A stretch of 40,398 nt of DNA from Armatimonadota bacterium (GCA_043754515.1 JAYUUO010000113.1:1-40398), one strand, 5' to 3'. Shown: positions 1 through 9,825, counted from the first letter of the stretch. Made by a program: numbers and translations. The notes: generated from the letters alone by a model not told the origin.

Positions 1-88
1 AAGTGTGCGAACACGTTCGCAAGTGTGCGAACACGTTCGCAAGTGTGCGAACACGTTCGCAAGTGTGCGAACACGTTCGCAAGTGTGC
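1..88. repeat. Tandem repeat, 20-bp unit AAGTGTGCGAACACGTTCGC, 4 full copies plus a partial copy, cut by the window edge
   Basis: Identical units at 1-20, 21-40, 41-60 and 61-80, partial at 81-88. Each unit contains the inverted repeat GCGAAC-AC-GTTCGC. Confidence 0.95.
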
Positions 89-309
89 AACGTGGTGGAG
101 GCGGTCCGCGCAGGTTTTTTCGCCGCGAATCGGCGGAACGCGTTTTGCCCGGAAGACTGGGTAGACCCTTCGGGCCGCGCTCGCGTGTGGGGTGGATTGG
201 CAATGGGCGGCTTGCCGGGTCGGAATCTATCACACGCGTTTACCGATCTCGCTGGCGAGGCGGCACTACTCCCGCCGTGCCGGGTACCCCGCCTGAAAAA
301 GGACATGCC

Positions 310-1020
310 CTAGATCGGCATGCGCAGGAACGCGGGCACGGCGGCGATGGTGGGGACGAGGTGCGTGTGGTACGTGTCGTCCATCGCCGTGTGCCGGTGG
401 TCCGTGCCCGTGATCCCGATCACCCACCGACAGCCCGCCGCCGCGCCGGGCCGCAGATCCATAGGCGAGGAGCCGACGCGGGCGACGAGACCCGGCTCCG
501 TGACGCGGGTCAGCACCATCGCCCGCTGGATCATGTCCGGGGCGGGGCGACCGAACGCTACCTCATCGCTCGATACGGTCGCGTCAACCAGGCCCGCGCG
601 TGCCCACCCGAACCGCTCCATGATGGCGTCCGCGACGGGACGCGAGAACCCGGTGTCGAGCGCGATTTTTATGCCGTCTTCCTGAAGATCGCGGAACGTC
701 GCCGTGGCACCCGCTACCTCATGAACATCGGGGTCGGAATGGTAATAGGCGAGCATACGCGCGAAGAAGTCGGCGTGAATACGCGTTATCAGGGGGTCGT
801 TGTCGTAGTCCTCGTCGCCCCGTTCCGAAGCGGCTCGGGGCGTTCGCTCGATCAGAAGCCGGATCGCGTCCGACTTCGAGATGCTCATAAGGGCACTCAG
901 GGCACCGCTCGCCACGGAAATCCCGGCGGCTTCCAGCGCACCACCGAGGCAACGCGGAACCGCATCGGCGTCCGCGATCACAGTCCCATTCATATCAAAA
1001 ACAGCGAGTTGGGGATACAT
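310..1020 (-). CDS. HAD-superfamily hydrolase, phosphonatase-like
   Basis: Motif I 'LAVFDMNGTV', 'IALDTGFSRPVADAI', 'SSDEVAFGRPAPDMI'. Motif IV reads 'VGSSPMDL' (atypical, usually GDxxxD). Confidence 0.8.
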   Translation of the reverse strand: MYPQLAVFDMNGTVIADADAVPRCLGGALEAAGISVASGALSALMSISKSDAIRLLIERTPRAASERGDEDYDNDPLITRIHADFFARMLAYYHSDPDVHEVAGATATFRDLQEDGIKIALDTGFSRPVADAIMERFGWARAGLVDATVSSDEVAFGRPAPDMIQRAMVLTRVTEPGLVARVGSSPMDLRPGAAAGCRWVIGITGTDHRHTAMDDTYHTHLVPTIAAVPAFLRMPI

Positions 1021-1086
1021 AATGCCTCCAGGCTCCGGCGGATTACGTCAGTATATCCGGGTTTCGCATGAGGCGTTGCGGGTCGG

Positions 1087-1605
1087 TCAGGGGCGGCTAT
1101 TGGGCGACGAACTACCGGGCGCGTGGAAGACCCGCGACGGGAGCGGATAAAAGTGAATGCTCCCGCCCAGTAGACTGTCCGGCATTACCTGCGTGGTCGT
1201 CACCGGGGCGTAGTTGAACGGGTTAGGGCGCGGGTTTCCGTAATAGCCGCTGATATAGTTGTAATAGTAGGGGTAGCCGTAATAGACGGGGGGCGCGCCG
1301 TAGTTTTGCGGGTATTGCACGTTGATGTACACATTAGCGGGCGGCGCGGGTGTCGGCAAGGAGGACACCGGCGCGGCGGGCTTCGCGGGGGCGTCCGGGA
1401 CGCGGGGCGGCGTGGGGACGGGCGAGGGTGCCACGGACGGGGTGGTGCCGAACCCGACGGACGGGATCATCGGGCCTTGAGGCAGGACGGCCCCGACGAA
1501 CGTATGCGCGACAGTCGCGAAACCGAGCATGATGCGTATCGAAGCCAACACGATGAGAATAATCATCCCGAATCTTATCCCCCTTTTGTTTGTTGAAGTA
1601 GCCAC
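1087..1605 (-). CDS. Hypothetical membrane-anchored or secreted Pro/Tyr-rich protein
   Basis: N-terminal hydrophobic segment, Pro-rich linker and a Tyr/Gly-rich tract (YYGYPYYYNYISGYYG). Co-oriented with the HAD gene. Confidence 0.55.
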   Translation of the reverse strand: MATSTNKRGIRFGMIILIVLASIRIMLGFATVAHTFVGAVLPQGPMIPSVGFGTTPSVAPSPVPTPPRVPDAPAKPAAPVSSLPTPAPPANVYINVQYPQNYGAPPVYYGYPYYYNYISGYYGNPRPNPFNYAPVTTTQVMPDSLLGGSIHFYPLPSRVFHAPGSSSPNSRP

Positions 1606-1758
1606 GATGGATCGCCCGTCTTCTCATGACGTATACCCATCCCCATCAGGTACTATCCCCTTCATGCTTGTCTGAAGAACGAACTTCCCCGACGGAACAG
1701 GACACTCCCCCGGCGCGGCCAAGCATTCGTTCAATTAAGATTATCAAGGGGGTATTGT

Positions 1759-2985
1759 ATGAGTGCGTTGCAGGAGGCTGTGGAACGGTTCGCCCGTACG
1801 TATCGGGACACGGACGAGGGCGGGGTGGTGCAGGGCGAGGCGCGAACCGTCGTCCCTTTGATCCATGACGCGGACGCGTCCGAGCGCGTCGCCGCGCTTC
1901 CGGTGCTGGCGGGTCTGTTCGCGGACGACCCACACGCCGACGATCCCCGATTTGGCGGGCTGGCGGCGATTCTGGCGGGCGTTTTCGTGGATCATGGCAC
2001 CCCGCCCGACGCGCTGGCGATACTCCTCCTCAAGCGGCTCCCCGACGTGCTCGCCGTTGCCAGCCGGTTCGCGGACAGCCTCGACGCCGGGTTACCGCCG
2101 CTTGAGAAGGGCGAGGAAACCGGGGAGGGGGACGACGATTCGGAGGACGAGGAGCGGAGCGGCATCCTGTATGGCGACCGGTTCGTCCCGTCCGGGATTT
2201 TAGACCCGGTTATAGCGCGGGAGGAGCGCGGATTTCACGCCTTTAGTGGGCTAGGTTGGTGGTGTATGCCGACTATTGCGTGTCTTTCACTGAGTGCCGG
2301 CCTGCGACAACGCGTCCGCGCGGATTATGCCACGTTGCTCCCCCTGTCAAGGAGGCTGGAGCCGGTCAGCGGCGAGGCGGGGTGTCTGCGCAAACTGCTC
2401 CAGGTAATGGACGACGCGGCGTTTCTGGTCCTGCACCCGTCGACCGGCCAGGGGTTCCACTGCCGGGTGTCGGGGGTTTCCGACAACTTCCAGCTCCACA
2501 CTCTGCTCGCGGATGCCTTGCTCGACGACGGCTCGGGGTCTCCGAACCGCATCGCGAGCCGGGAGCGGCCCGACCCGATCACGGTGGCGGTGGCGCGCGG
2601 GGACGGGCCGCAGGAGCTTGGGGAGCCGGGGTCGCGGGGCTTCTGGAATCTGTACCAGTGGTTCGCGCTGGAAAAGGAGGGGACTCTGCCGGACGGTACC
2701 GGTCTGTCGAACGCCGCGCGCTCCGCGACATGGATCTGGAACGAGGGCATCCCGTCCGACATCGAGTCCGTGGATGGTTACCATGTCGTCCTGCTGGGAC
2801 CCGCTTCCTACACCCGCGCGTGGAACACAGCGCGGTTCTTCGGCAATCTGAAAGCAAGCGTCGTTGTCGAATCGGTGCTGACTCCGTCGGAGACTGCCGA
2901 CTGGCTCGCCAGACTGGCGAAGGAAGCCGCCGCGCAACGCGATGTGTACGTCTCCGAATACGAAAAGGCGTTCGGTGCTTCCTGA
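1759..2985 (+). CDS. Hypothetical protein (408 aa)
   Basis: Long ORF with typical high-GC codon usage and an AAGGGGG SD-like sequence upstream. C-terminal half is aromatic-rich ('DNFQLHTLLA', 'WIWNEGIPSDI'). Confidence 0.8.
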   Translation: MSALQEAVERFARTYRDTDEGGVVQGEARTVVPLIHDADASERVAALPVLAGLFADDPHADDPRFGGLAAILAGVFVDHGTPPDALAILLLKRLPDVLAVASRFADSLDAGLPPLEKGEETGEGDDDSEDEERSGILYGDRFVPSGILDPVIAREERGFHAFSGLGWWCMPTIACLSLSAGLRQRVRADYATLLPLSRRLEPVSGEAGCLRKLLQVMDDAAFLVLHPSTGQGFHCRVSGVSDNFQLHTLLADALLDDGSGSPNRIASRERPDPITVAVARGDGPQELGEPGSRGFWNLYQWFALEKEGTLPDGTGLSNAARSATWIWNEGIPSDIESVDGYHVVLLGPASYTRAWNTARFFGNLKASVVVESVLTPSETADWLARLAKEAAAQRDVYVSEYEKAFGAS

Positions 2986-3003
2986 GAGGGCGCGCCCTCT
3001 CAG
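2982..3003. terminator. Perfect 22-bp palindrome overlapping a stop codon between convergent genes; possible terminator hairpin
   Basis: CTGAGAGGGCGCGCCCTCTCAG is its own reverse complement. No U-tract follows. Confidence 0.35.
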
Positions 3004-3159
3004 AACGACTCGCCGCCCCCCCGCGAACCGCCCCGACCGGGTACCCGCGATCTACCGGAAACGGCCCGCCGCCCGTCGCGCCCCATCGGCCCAATCTCGT
3101 TGCGCCGCGCGGGCGTGCCGCAGGTGACCAGTTGATGTGGCGGGTCGGCAAGTCGCCCC

Positions 3160-5070
3160 TCAGCCGTGCGTACGCCGCGCGAGTAGCAGGCACGCGTCGT
3201 CATGTAGCGTGCCCCCGGCGAAATGCCGTGCCGCGCCGATCAGGGAGCGCGCCACCCGTTCCAGATCGCCGCCCGACGCCGCGTCGCCGCCCGACGGGTG
3301 GCTCATGTCGCCGAATGCCCCGGCGAGGCTTCGTTGTAGCCGGATCGGGCCGAACTGGTCGGCGGGGGCATCTTCGGCCCGCGCTTCAATGATGCCGTCA
3401 GTCAGGATCGCGAGCAGATCACCCGGCGCGAGCGTCGCCTCCGCGACGTGGTACCGCGCCTCGGCGTCCACGCCGAGTAGCATGTCGGTCGCGTCCAGCG
3501 TCTCCACCGCCCCCGTGGCCGCGCGCGCCAGTAGGCTCGGCTCCACCCCCGCGGCGGAGAGGCGGACGACGCCCGAAGCGGGGTCGAACAACGCGAGCGT
3601 CAGCGCGACAAGCGACGGGCGCTGTCCGCCCCCCGCCGTCAGCACCAGGAGCGGCGAACGTAATCGGTTCATTTGGATGAGGTAGCGGTGCAGTCGGTGC
3701 AACGTATCCGCCGGGTTCGCGTCGGGGTTCTCGAACAAGAAACCGCGCAACGCGAAACGTACTTCGGCGATGGAAAGGGCTGCTTCCAGACCATGCCCGA
3801 TCACGTCGCCGACCACGAAGGCGAGTCTCCCGCCCGCCACCGGGAAGACGTCATAGAAGTCCCCCCCGACGGTGGACTCGGTCGAGGTCGGCTCGCTCAA
3901 TGCAAAAACCTCGACCCCAGGAGTTTCTCGCGGGAGCGTGGGTTGCACCGTTGTCTGTAGAATCTCGGCGATCCGGTGGTCGCGTTCCGCGAGCGATTGT
4001 TGTTGCTGCTCGCGCTGTTTATGTCCGGTGATGTCCTGCGCCATGCCGAGAACCCGCGTCACCCGCCCCGCCGCGTCCCGCTCCAGAACCGCCTCACGGA
4101 ATATGAGCCACCGCCACGAGCCGTCCTTGTGCTGCGCCCGGTGTTCGCCAGGCGCGACGAAACCCTCGGCCTCCATTGAGGCACTACGGGTGCTGAACGC
4201 AGCGACGTCCTCGGGATGTATCAGAGCGAGCATACCCCCCGGACCCTGCGGTAGCATTTCGGCGGGCGTGTAGCCGAGTAACCCGCTCACCTTCCGGTTG
4301 ATCCAGATCAGTCGACCTTCGCTCGTATCGTATAGGTATAGAACATCGGGGAAGAGTCGGTCGAAAAGGTCGAGGAGTTCGGAAGTGACTGGCGACACTG
4401 CGCTACCGACGGCGTCCGGGCGGATCAGGGGTCCGCTCTCCGACCACTGCCCGCCGTGCAAGCCGTCCCGCCTCGCGGACTCAGGCGAAGCCCCGACGGG
4501 GGGCTTGGCCGTGTCCCGCTCCTCACGCAACCGGGCGCGTTCCCAGACGGCTGAGCAGAGGGCGATCACTGACTTCAGGAACGCCCGCTCGCCCGGTGGG
4601 ACGGGGCGAACCCTGGCGAGATCAAGGGCGATGACGGCCCTCGACTCCCGGTCAAGGCAGAGGAGCGGCAGGATGATACGCGTGATCCCCGGCGCGGACG
4701 GGCGGGTACCGGGCGCGACCATGTGTGACGAACTCGCCGGAGAATGTGGCTGTACATAAACCGACTGCCAGGTAAGAATCGCTTGATTATAAGAAGATAC
4801 ACCGGCGGCGGACAGCGTCTGTGGCGGCATCGCGCGCAGATCCGCATAGCCCAGCGCGGTGACCAATTCAAGACCGCCGTCTTCGCTCGGGACTTGATAA
4901 ACGTGACCCGAACAGGCATCGGTCTGCGTCATACAAAATCGCAGACACAGTTCGGCGCAGGCCCGGAGCGAAGTACTTCCCAGCAGTAGCGGCAGAAGCG
5001 CGTCGAGGCGCGTCCGGCGCGGGCGGGGGAGTCTGCCGGTGGGACGGTCAGACGCGGGAGATTTTGCCAT
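3160..5070 (-). CDS. SpoIIE/RsbU-family PP2C phosphatase with GAF-like and PAS sensor domains
   Basis: PAS motifs 'INRKVSGLLGYTPAEM...IHPED...HKDGSWRWL'. PP2C motifs 'VGGDFYD', 'VGDVIGHG', 'LTDGIIEA', 'HDDACLL'. Confidence 0.9.
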   Translation of the reverse strand: MAKSPASDRPTGRLPRPRRTRLDALLPLLLGSTSLRACAELCLRFCMTQTDACSGHVYQVPSEDGGLELVTALGYADLRAMPPQTLSAAGVSSYNQAILTWQSVYVQPHSPASSSHMVAPGTRPSAPGITRIILPLLCLDRESRAVIALDLARVRPVPPGERAFLKSVIALCSAVWERARLREERDTAKPPVGASPESARRDGLHGGQWSESGPLIRPDAVGSAVSPVTSELLDLFDRLFPDVLYLYDTSEGRLIWINRKVSGLLGYTPAEMLPQGPGGMLALIHPEDVAAFSTRSASMEAEGFVAPGEHRAQHKDGSWRWLIFREAVLERDAAGRVTRVLGMAQDITGHKQREQQQQSLAERDHRIAEILQTTVQPTLPRETPGVEVFALSEPTSTESTVGGDFYDVFPVAGGRLAFVVGDVIGHGLEAALSIAEVRFALRGFLFENPDANPADTLHRLHRYLIQMNRLRSPLLVLTAGGGQRPSLVALTLALFDPASGVVRLSAAGVEPSLLARAATGAVETLDATDMLLGVDAEARYHVAEATLAPGDLLAILTDGIIEARAEDAPADQFGPIRLQRSLAGAFGDMSHPSGGDAASGGDLERVARSLIGAARHFAGGTLHDDACLLLARRTHG

Positions 5071-5146
5071 CTACTTGTTCTCGCTTGCGCCGTATTATAG
5101 CACGAACGGCGTAGCAAGAAAGGGTACGATTTACCTGTTTTTCGCC

Positions 5147-7066
5147 TCAGCGTTTGGGGACGTCATCCCGTGCGCCCGCCGTCGCCGTGTTCCCTTCGGT
5201 GCTCAAATACCAGGGCACGTTGATCACCACTACGCGCCGATCACCTTGCAACAGGAGCGTGGTCTTTAGTGCTGTCGCCCGGTGGTTGTGCAGGAATATC
5301 TCGTACCACTTCGTCTCGACCAGTTCGGGGATGATCACGGCGATGATCCGGCCTGGATTCTCCGTCTTGAGGCGCACGATGTACGCGAGCATCGGCTTGA
5401 TCAGACGGCGATACGGCGAGCTGAGGATCACCAGATTCGGCTTCGACAGCTCGGTCGCGGCGAGCGGGGCGGAGACTTCGGTGTCCCATTGGGATTGGAA
5501 TGTTGACCCGTCGTCGTCACCTACCGCGATATGCACGGCGTTCACGTCCGGGGAAAGGCGCATCCCGAAGCGTAATGCCCGCTCCGTGACCAGCGTCCAT
5601 CTTCCGACCGGGACCACGATGATCGGCGGCTCGATGTGGCTGAGGTCAATCGGTCGGGTGCAGGCTATCTCGCGGGCGACGAGTTCGTAGTGCCGTTTCA
5701 CCAGCACGAAAATCAGCATCAATGCCGCGATTAGCAGGATCGTGATCCACGCCCCTTCCGTGAACTTCGCGGCGATGATGATCGTCAGCGCGATCAGCGT
5801 GGAGACCGCGCCGAGCGCGTTGATGAACAACGAAAGACCAGCACCCTTACCGCCGACGCGACGCCAGTGTACTACCATCCCCGCCTGCGAGAGCGTGAAC
5901 GCCGCGAACGCGCCCGCCGCGAACAGCGGGATCAGCCGGTCGGTGATGCCGCCGAAGATGACCAGCAGGATCGCCGCCATCCCGGCCAGAAAGCCGATGC
6001 CGACCGTGTAGACCAGCCGCCGCCCGACCATCTCGAACAGGTGCGGCAGGTAGCTGTCCCGTGCGAGTAGCCGCGCGAGCCGGGGGAAGTCGGCGAAACT
6101 GGTGTTGGCGGACAGGGCGAGCACGGTGAGCGTGCAACCCACGGTCAGGTAGTAGAACCAGTTGCGGCCCACGATGGCTGTTAGTAGTTGCGAGATCACG
6201 CTCTGGTAGCCGGGTTGCGCGGCGTCCATCGCGCCGATGTGGTACGCCCGGCAGAGGTACGCTATCCCGCCTAGTAGCACGGCGAGTACGGCGACGATGG
6301 CGGTCAAGGTTTTCTGCGCGTTGCCGACGGCGGGTTCCCGGAACGCGCTGACGCCATTACTGACCGCTTCTACCCCGGTCATCGCGGTACAGCCATTCGC
6401 GAACGCGCGCAGGAGTAGCCACAGCCCGACCATCTCGGTTCCCTTCGGGATCACGGGCGGTGCTTGTATGGGTTGTGGATGACCGCCGCTCGTGACGGTC
6501 TTGAAAACACCGATACCGATCATCACGAGTAGCGACGCGATAAACAGGTAAGTCGGCACGCCGAATGCGACGCCGGATTCGGCGGGGCCGCGCAGGTTGA
6601 TCAGCGTGATCAGGGCGAGGATGCCGAGGCAAAGCACCAGCGTGTAGGAATGGAACTGCGGGAAGGCGGAGATCAGTGCCTCGACGCCCGCCGAAATACC
6701 CACCGCGACATTCAGAATGTAGTCCAGCATGAGAGACGCAGCGGCGAGCAGTCCGGGGTACACGCCCAGGTTCTCGTGGGCAACCGTGTACGAGCCGCCG
6801 CCGCCGGGATACGCATGAATGGTCTGCCGGTACGAGAAGTATAGAATCGTCAGCAACGCGAGGATCACGCCCATGACCGGCACGATATAGGCGACGCCGA
6901 CCACGCCCAGCGGGAGCAAAATGCCGAGCGCGGTTTCTGGCCCGTAGGCGGCGGAGGAGAGTCCGTCGAGTCCGAGCACGGGCACCCCCGCGATCGGCCC
7001 GATCTTCTGGCCTTCGCCTTCGTTCGAGGCGAGCGGTTTACCAAGTAGTGTATCCAGAAAAGACAT
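5147..7066 (-). CDS. APC-superfamily transporter, KimA/YdaO-like (putative K+/H+ symporter)
   Basis: 'LDGLSSAAYGPE', 'YPGGGGSY', 'GCTAMTGVEAVSNG', about 12 TM helices, and a C-terminal cytosolic domain with 'SPYR' and 'LHNH'. Confidence 0.85.
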   Translation of the reverse strand: MSFLDTLLGKPLASNEGEGQKIGPIAGVPVLGLDGLSSAAYGPETALGILLPLGVVGVAYIVPVMGVILALLTILYFSYRQTIHAYPGGGGSYTVAHENLGVYPGLLAAASLMLDYILNVAVGISAGVEALISAFPQFHSYTLVLCLGILALITLINLRGPAESGVAFGVPTYLFIASLLVMIGIGVFKTVTSGGHPQPIQAPPVIPKGTEMVGLWLLLRAFANGCTAMTGVEAVSNGVSAFREPAVGNAQKTLTAIVAVLAVLLGGIAYLCRAYHIGAMDAAQPGYQSVISQLLTAIVGRNWFYYLTVGCTLTVLALSANTSFADFPRLARLLARDSYLPHLFEMVGRRLVYTVGIGFLAGMAAILLVIFGGITDRLIPLFAAGAFAAFTLSQAGMVVHWRRVGGKGAGLSLFINALGAVSTLIALTIIIAAKFTEGAWITILLIAALMLIFVLVKRHYELVAREIACTRPIDLSHIEPPIIVVPVGRWTLVTERALRFGMRLSPDVNAVHIAVGDDDGSTFQSQWDTEVSAPLAATELSKPNLVILSSPYRRLIKPMLAYIVRLKTENPGRIIAVIIPELVETKWYEIFLHNHRATALKTTLLLQGDRRVVVINVPWYLSTEGNTATAGARDDVPKR

Positions 7067-7181
7067 GGCGGGAGTTTACCTTTTTATCGGCGAATCGCCC
7101 CCTGTCCCGCGTGCCGAATCCGGGGGTTGGGCAAGTCGGCCGGAAGGGATACAATACGGCGTAGAGGCGGGGGAACGACAC

Positions 7182-7931
7182 TTGGCGGAACAGCGGTTTA
7201 AACGGGCGATTGTTGTCGGGGCGTCGTCGGGCATCGGGGCGGAAACGGCGAAACTTTTGGCGGCTCGGGGTTGCGCGGTCGCGTTGGTCGCCCGGCGCGA
7301 AGCGGAACTGGGCGAGTTGGCTATCGCGATTCGCGCGGCGGGCGGCACGGCGTTCATCTACCCGCACGACGTTTCCTGCTTTGGCGAGGTGCCCGCGCTG
7401 TTCCAGCGGATCTGCCGCGACCTGGGCGGGCTGGACGCGGTGATCTACGCGGCGGGCGTTATGCCGCGCATTGCGGTTGACGAGTACGATTTCGCCAAAG
7501 ACCGGGCCATGATCGAGGTCAACGTGCTGGGCGCGGTCGCGTGGCTGAACGAAGCGGCGGCGCGGTTCGCAGCGACCGGTAGCGGAACCATCGTCGGGAT
7601 CGGGTCGGTCGCGGGTGACCGGGGGCGGCGCGGGCAACCCGTCTACTGCACGTCGAAGGCGGCACTGGAAACGTATTTGGAGTCGCTACGCAACCGGCTC
7701 GGGCGGGCGGGAGTGCGCGTTGTCACGATCAAGCCGGGTCCGGTAGACACGCCTATGACAGAAGGCTTAGACAAGTTGCCCTTGATGATCCCCGCCGCCG
7801 AAGCCGCGCGGCAGATAGTGGCGGCGAGCGAGCGTGGGGCGCGCGTCGCCTACGTCCCTGGTGTTTGGCGATACGTTATGGCAGTGATCCGGTCGGTGCC
7901 GTCCGTGGTTTTCCAGAGGATGAATATTTGA
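7182..7931 (+). CDS. SDR oxidoreductase, DprE2-like
   Basis: 'VGASSGIG' Rossmann motif, 'GSVAGDRGR' and the YxxxK motif 'YCTSK'. Start chosen as TTG 7182, after an SD-like GGGGGA and outside the divergent gene; the ORF track start at 7065 overlaps it. Confidence 0.85.
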   Translation: MAEQRFKRAIVVGASSGIGAETAKLLAARGCAVALVARREAELGELAIAIRAAGGTAFIYPHDVSCFGEVPALFQRICRDLGGLDAVIYAAGVMPRIAVDEYDFAKDRAMIEVNVLGAVAWLNEAAARFAATGSGTIVGIGSVAGDRGRRGQPVYCTSKAALETYLESLRNRLGRAGVRVVTIKPGPVDTPMTEGLDKLPLMIPAAEAARQIVAASERGARVAYVPGVWRYVMAVIRSVPSVVFQRMNI

Positions 7932-8016
7932 TCGGGGGGAGCGCGCCGCGTTGCCTGTACCGAACCGACCTTGCGTACGTGATATGCGCCCGACATCCGA
8001 TTAGATCCGAACCCAA

Positions 8017-9459
8017 GTGCCACTTGACACAGATAACTTGACCCTCCCGCGCGACCGCCTCGAATCCGTTTCCGGGTTCGGTGGGGCGGATCACGCCGCC
8101 TCGTATGTTTATCGCCCCGCGACGGTGGCGGGGATTCGGGAGGCTCTCGACGCGGCGCGGGCGCGCGGCGTGCCGGTCGCCTTGCGCGGCGCGGGCCGCT
8201 CGTATGGCGACGCGGCGTACCTATCCGAGGCGATCACGCTGGATATGGGGCGCATGAACCGCGTGCTCGAATGGGAGCCGCTTACCGGGATCATCACGGT
8301 CGAGCCGGGCGTGACCATCCGCGAACTCTGGCGTCATGTCATCGGGGACGGCTGGGTGCCGCCGGTGGTGCCGGGCACCATGTACGCGACGCTCGGCGGC
8401 TCGCTCGCGATGAACATCCACGGCAAGAACCATTTTCGGATGGGCACGCTCGGCGAGCACGTGACCGCGTTCGACCTGCTCCTGCCGGGGAGCGGCGAAG
8501 CGGTTACCTGCACGCCTGATGGACCAAATCGCGACCTGTTCTACTCGGCGGTGGGCGGTTTCGGCGTCATCGGCGTCTTTACACGGATCACGCTCCGCAT
8601 GATGCCGGTCAATAGCGGCCTGCTCTATGTTCGTCAGTTCGCCGCTCGCGACTTGTCCGAGTTGTTCGCGGTGACGGACGAGCGGATCGTAGGCGGCGCG
8701 GATTACGTCGTCGGCTGGGTGGACACGTTTGCGTCGGGGGGCGACCTCGGGCGCGGTCTCGTGCAGGAGGCGCGTTTCCTCGCGCCGGGCGAGGACCCGA
8801 ACCCGGCGCAGTCGCTCCGCGCCGAGCGTCAGGATCCGGGCGATACCGTAATAGGGGGATTGGTGCCGAAATCAGTGCTATGGCGGGTGCTGAAGCCCTG
8901 GGTACACGACGGCGGGATGCGGCTCCTCTCCGCCCTGCGCTACAAAGCGGGGACGATCACGAGCGGCAAGACGAGCACCGAGACGTTCGCGGGGGCGAAC
9001 TTCCTGCTCGATTACGTCCCGGACTGGAAGCGGGCGTACGGGCGCGGCGGGCTGATCCAGTACCAGACGCAGATCCCGAAGGAGAACGCGCGCGAAGCGT
9101 TCGCCGAGCAGATACGGCTGTGTCACCGGCACCGGCTTTATCCCTATCTATCCGTTTTCAAGCGACATCGGGCGGACGACTTCCTGCTCAGCTACGCCAC
9201 GGACGGCTACTCGCTCGCGCTCGACTTCAAGGTCACCGACGCGAACCGGGCCGCGCTGTGGCGACTCGCCGCCGAGCTAGACGCCGTGACACTGGCCGCG
9301 GACGGGCGGTTCTACTTCGCGAAAGACTCAACTCTACATCCGTCACGCCTCGCCGCGTTTCTCTCCGAGGAGCGTGTGGCACGTTTCCGCGCGATAAAGC
9401 GCGACACCGATCCGGAGAGTCTGCTCCAGACCGACTTATACCGCCGTATCTTCGGGTAA
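8017..9459 (+). CDS. FAD-binding oxidoreductase (VAO/PCMH fold), DprE1-like
   Basis: 'RGAGRSYGDA', 'PVVPGT..ATLGG..A.NIHGKNH', 'YGRGGLIQYQ', 'GYSLALDF', 'GRFYFAKDS'. Confidence 0.88.
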   Translation: MPLDTDNLTLPRDRLESVSGFGGADHAASYVYRPATVAGIREALDAARARGVPVALRGAGRSYGDAAYLSEAITLDMGRMNRVLEWEPLTGIITVEPGVTIRELWRHVIGDGWVPPVVPGTMYATLGGSLAMNIHGKNHFRMGTLGEHVTAFDLLLPGSGEAVTCTPDGPNRDLFYSAVGGFGVIGVFTRITLRMMPVNSGLLYVRQFAARDLSELFAVTDERIVGGADYVVGWVDTFASGGDLGRGLVQEARFLAPGEDPNPAQSLRAERQDPGDTVIGGLVPKSVLWRVLKPWVHDGGMRLLSALRYKAGTITSGKTSTETFAGANFLLDYVPDWKRAYGRGGLIQYQTQIPKENAREAFAEQIRLCHRHRLYPYLSVFKRHRADDFLLSYATDGYSLALDFKVTDANRAALWRLAAELDAVTLAADGRFYFAKDSTLHPSRLAAFLSEERVARFRAIKRDTDPESLLQTDLYRRIFG

Positions 9460-9587
9460 CGAAGTGGCACCCAACATGATCCGCACATTCGGTGAGCACC
9501 GTGTGTTTAATCGTAGCGACGCGCGGGTACGACATTGTAGGCGCGTCAAATGCGACGCGTACGTACACCACCAGGAGTTTTACCCTT

Positions 9588-9794
9588 ATGGCAGACACAA
9601 AACATCCCGCCGTTGATCATCATGAGACCGCGGCATCGCACCACGAATCAGCGGCGCACCATCACCGCGAAGCGGCTCACGCCCATGAGACCGCCAAGCA
9701 TGACGATGCGAAGGTCCATGCGACCGCCGCTCATGCTAAGAGCACCAAGGCTCATGAGAGCACGACGCACGCGCATACTCACTCCACCAAATAA
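9588..9794 (+). CDS. Small His/Ala-rich protein (68 aa)
   Basis: AGGAG SD about 10 nt before ATG 9588. Sequence MADTKHPAVDHHETAASHHESAAHHHREAAHAHE..., followed by an intrinsic terminator. Confidence 0.85.
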   Translation: MADTKHPAVDHHETAASHHESAAHHHREAAHAHETAKHDDAKVHATAAHAKSTKAHESTTHAHTHSTK

Positions 9795-9795
9795 C

Positions 9796-9825
9796 ACACG
9801 CCTCTAAGAGGAGCGTGTTTTTTTT
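9796..9825 (+). terminator. Rho-independent terminator
   Basis: Hairpin ACACGCCTCT-AA-GAGGAGCGTGT followed by a T-run. Confidence 0.85.

Noticed and set aside
1..88. CRISPR array or LexA (GAAC-N4-GTTC) boxes
   Set aside because: The units are head-to-tail with no spacers and no cas genes are present. The dyad spacing is N2, not N4.
7067..7181. c-di-AMP (ydaO) riboswitch upstream of the KimA-like transporter
   Set aside because: Only short look-alike words (GCCGAATCC, GGGGGAAC) occur, and on the wrong strand. The gene appears leaderless and the space is too short.
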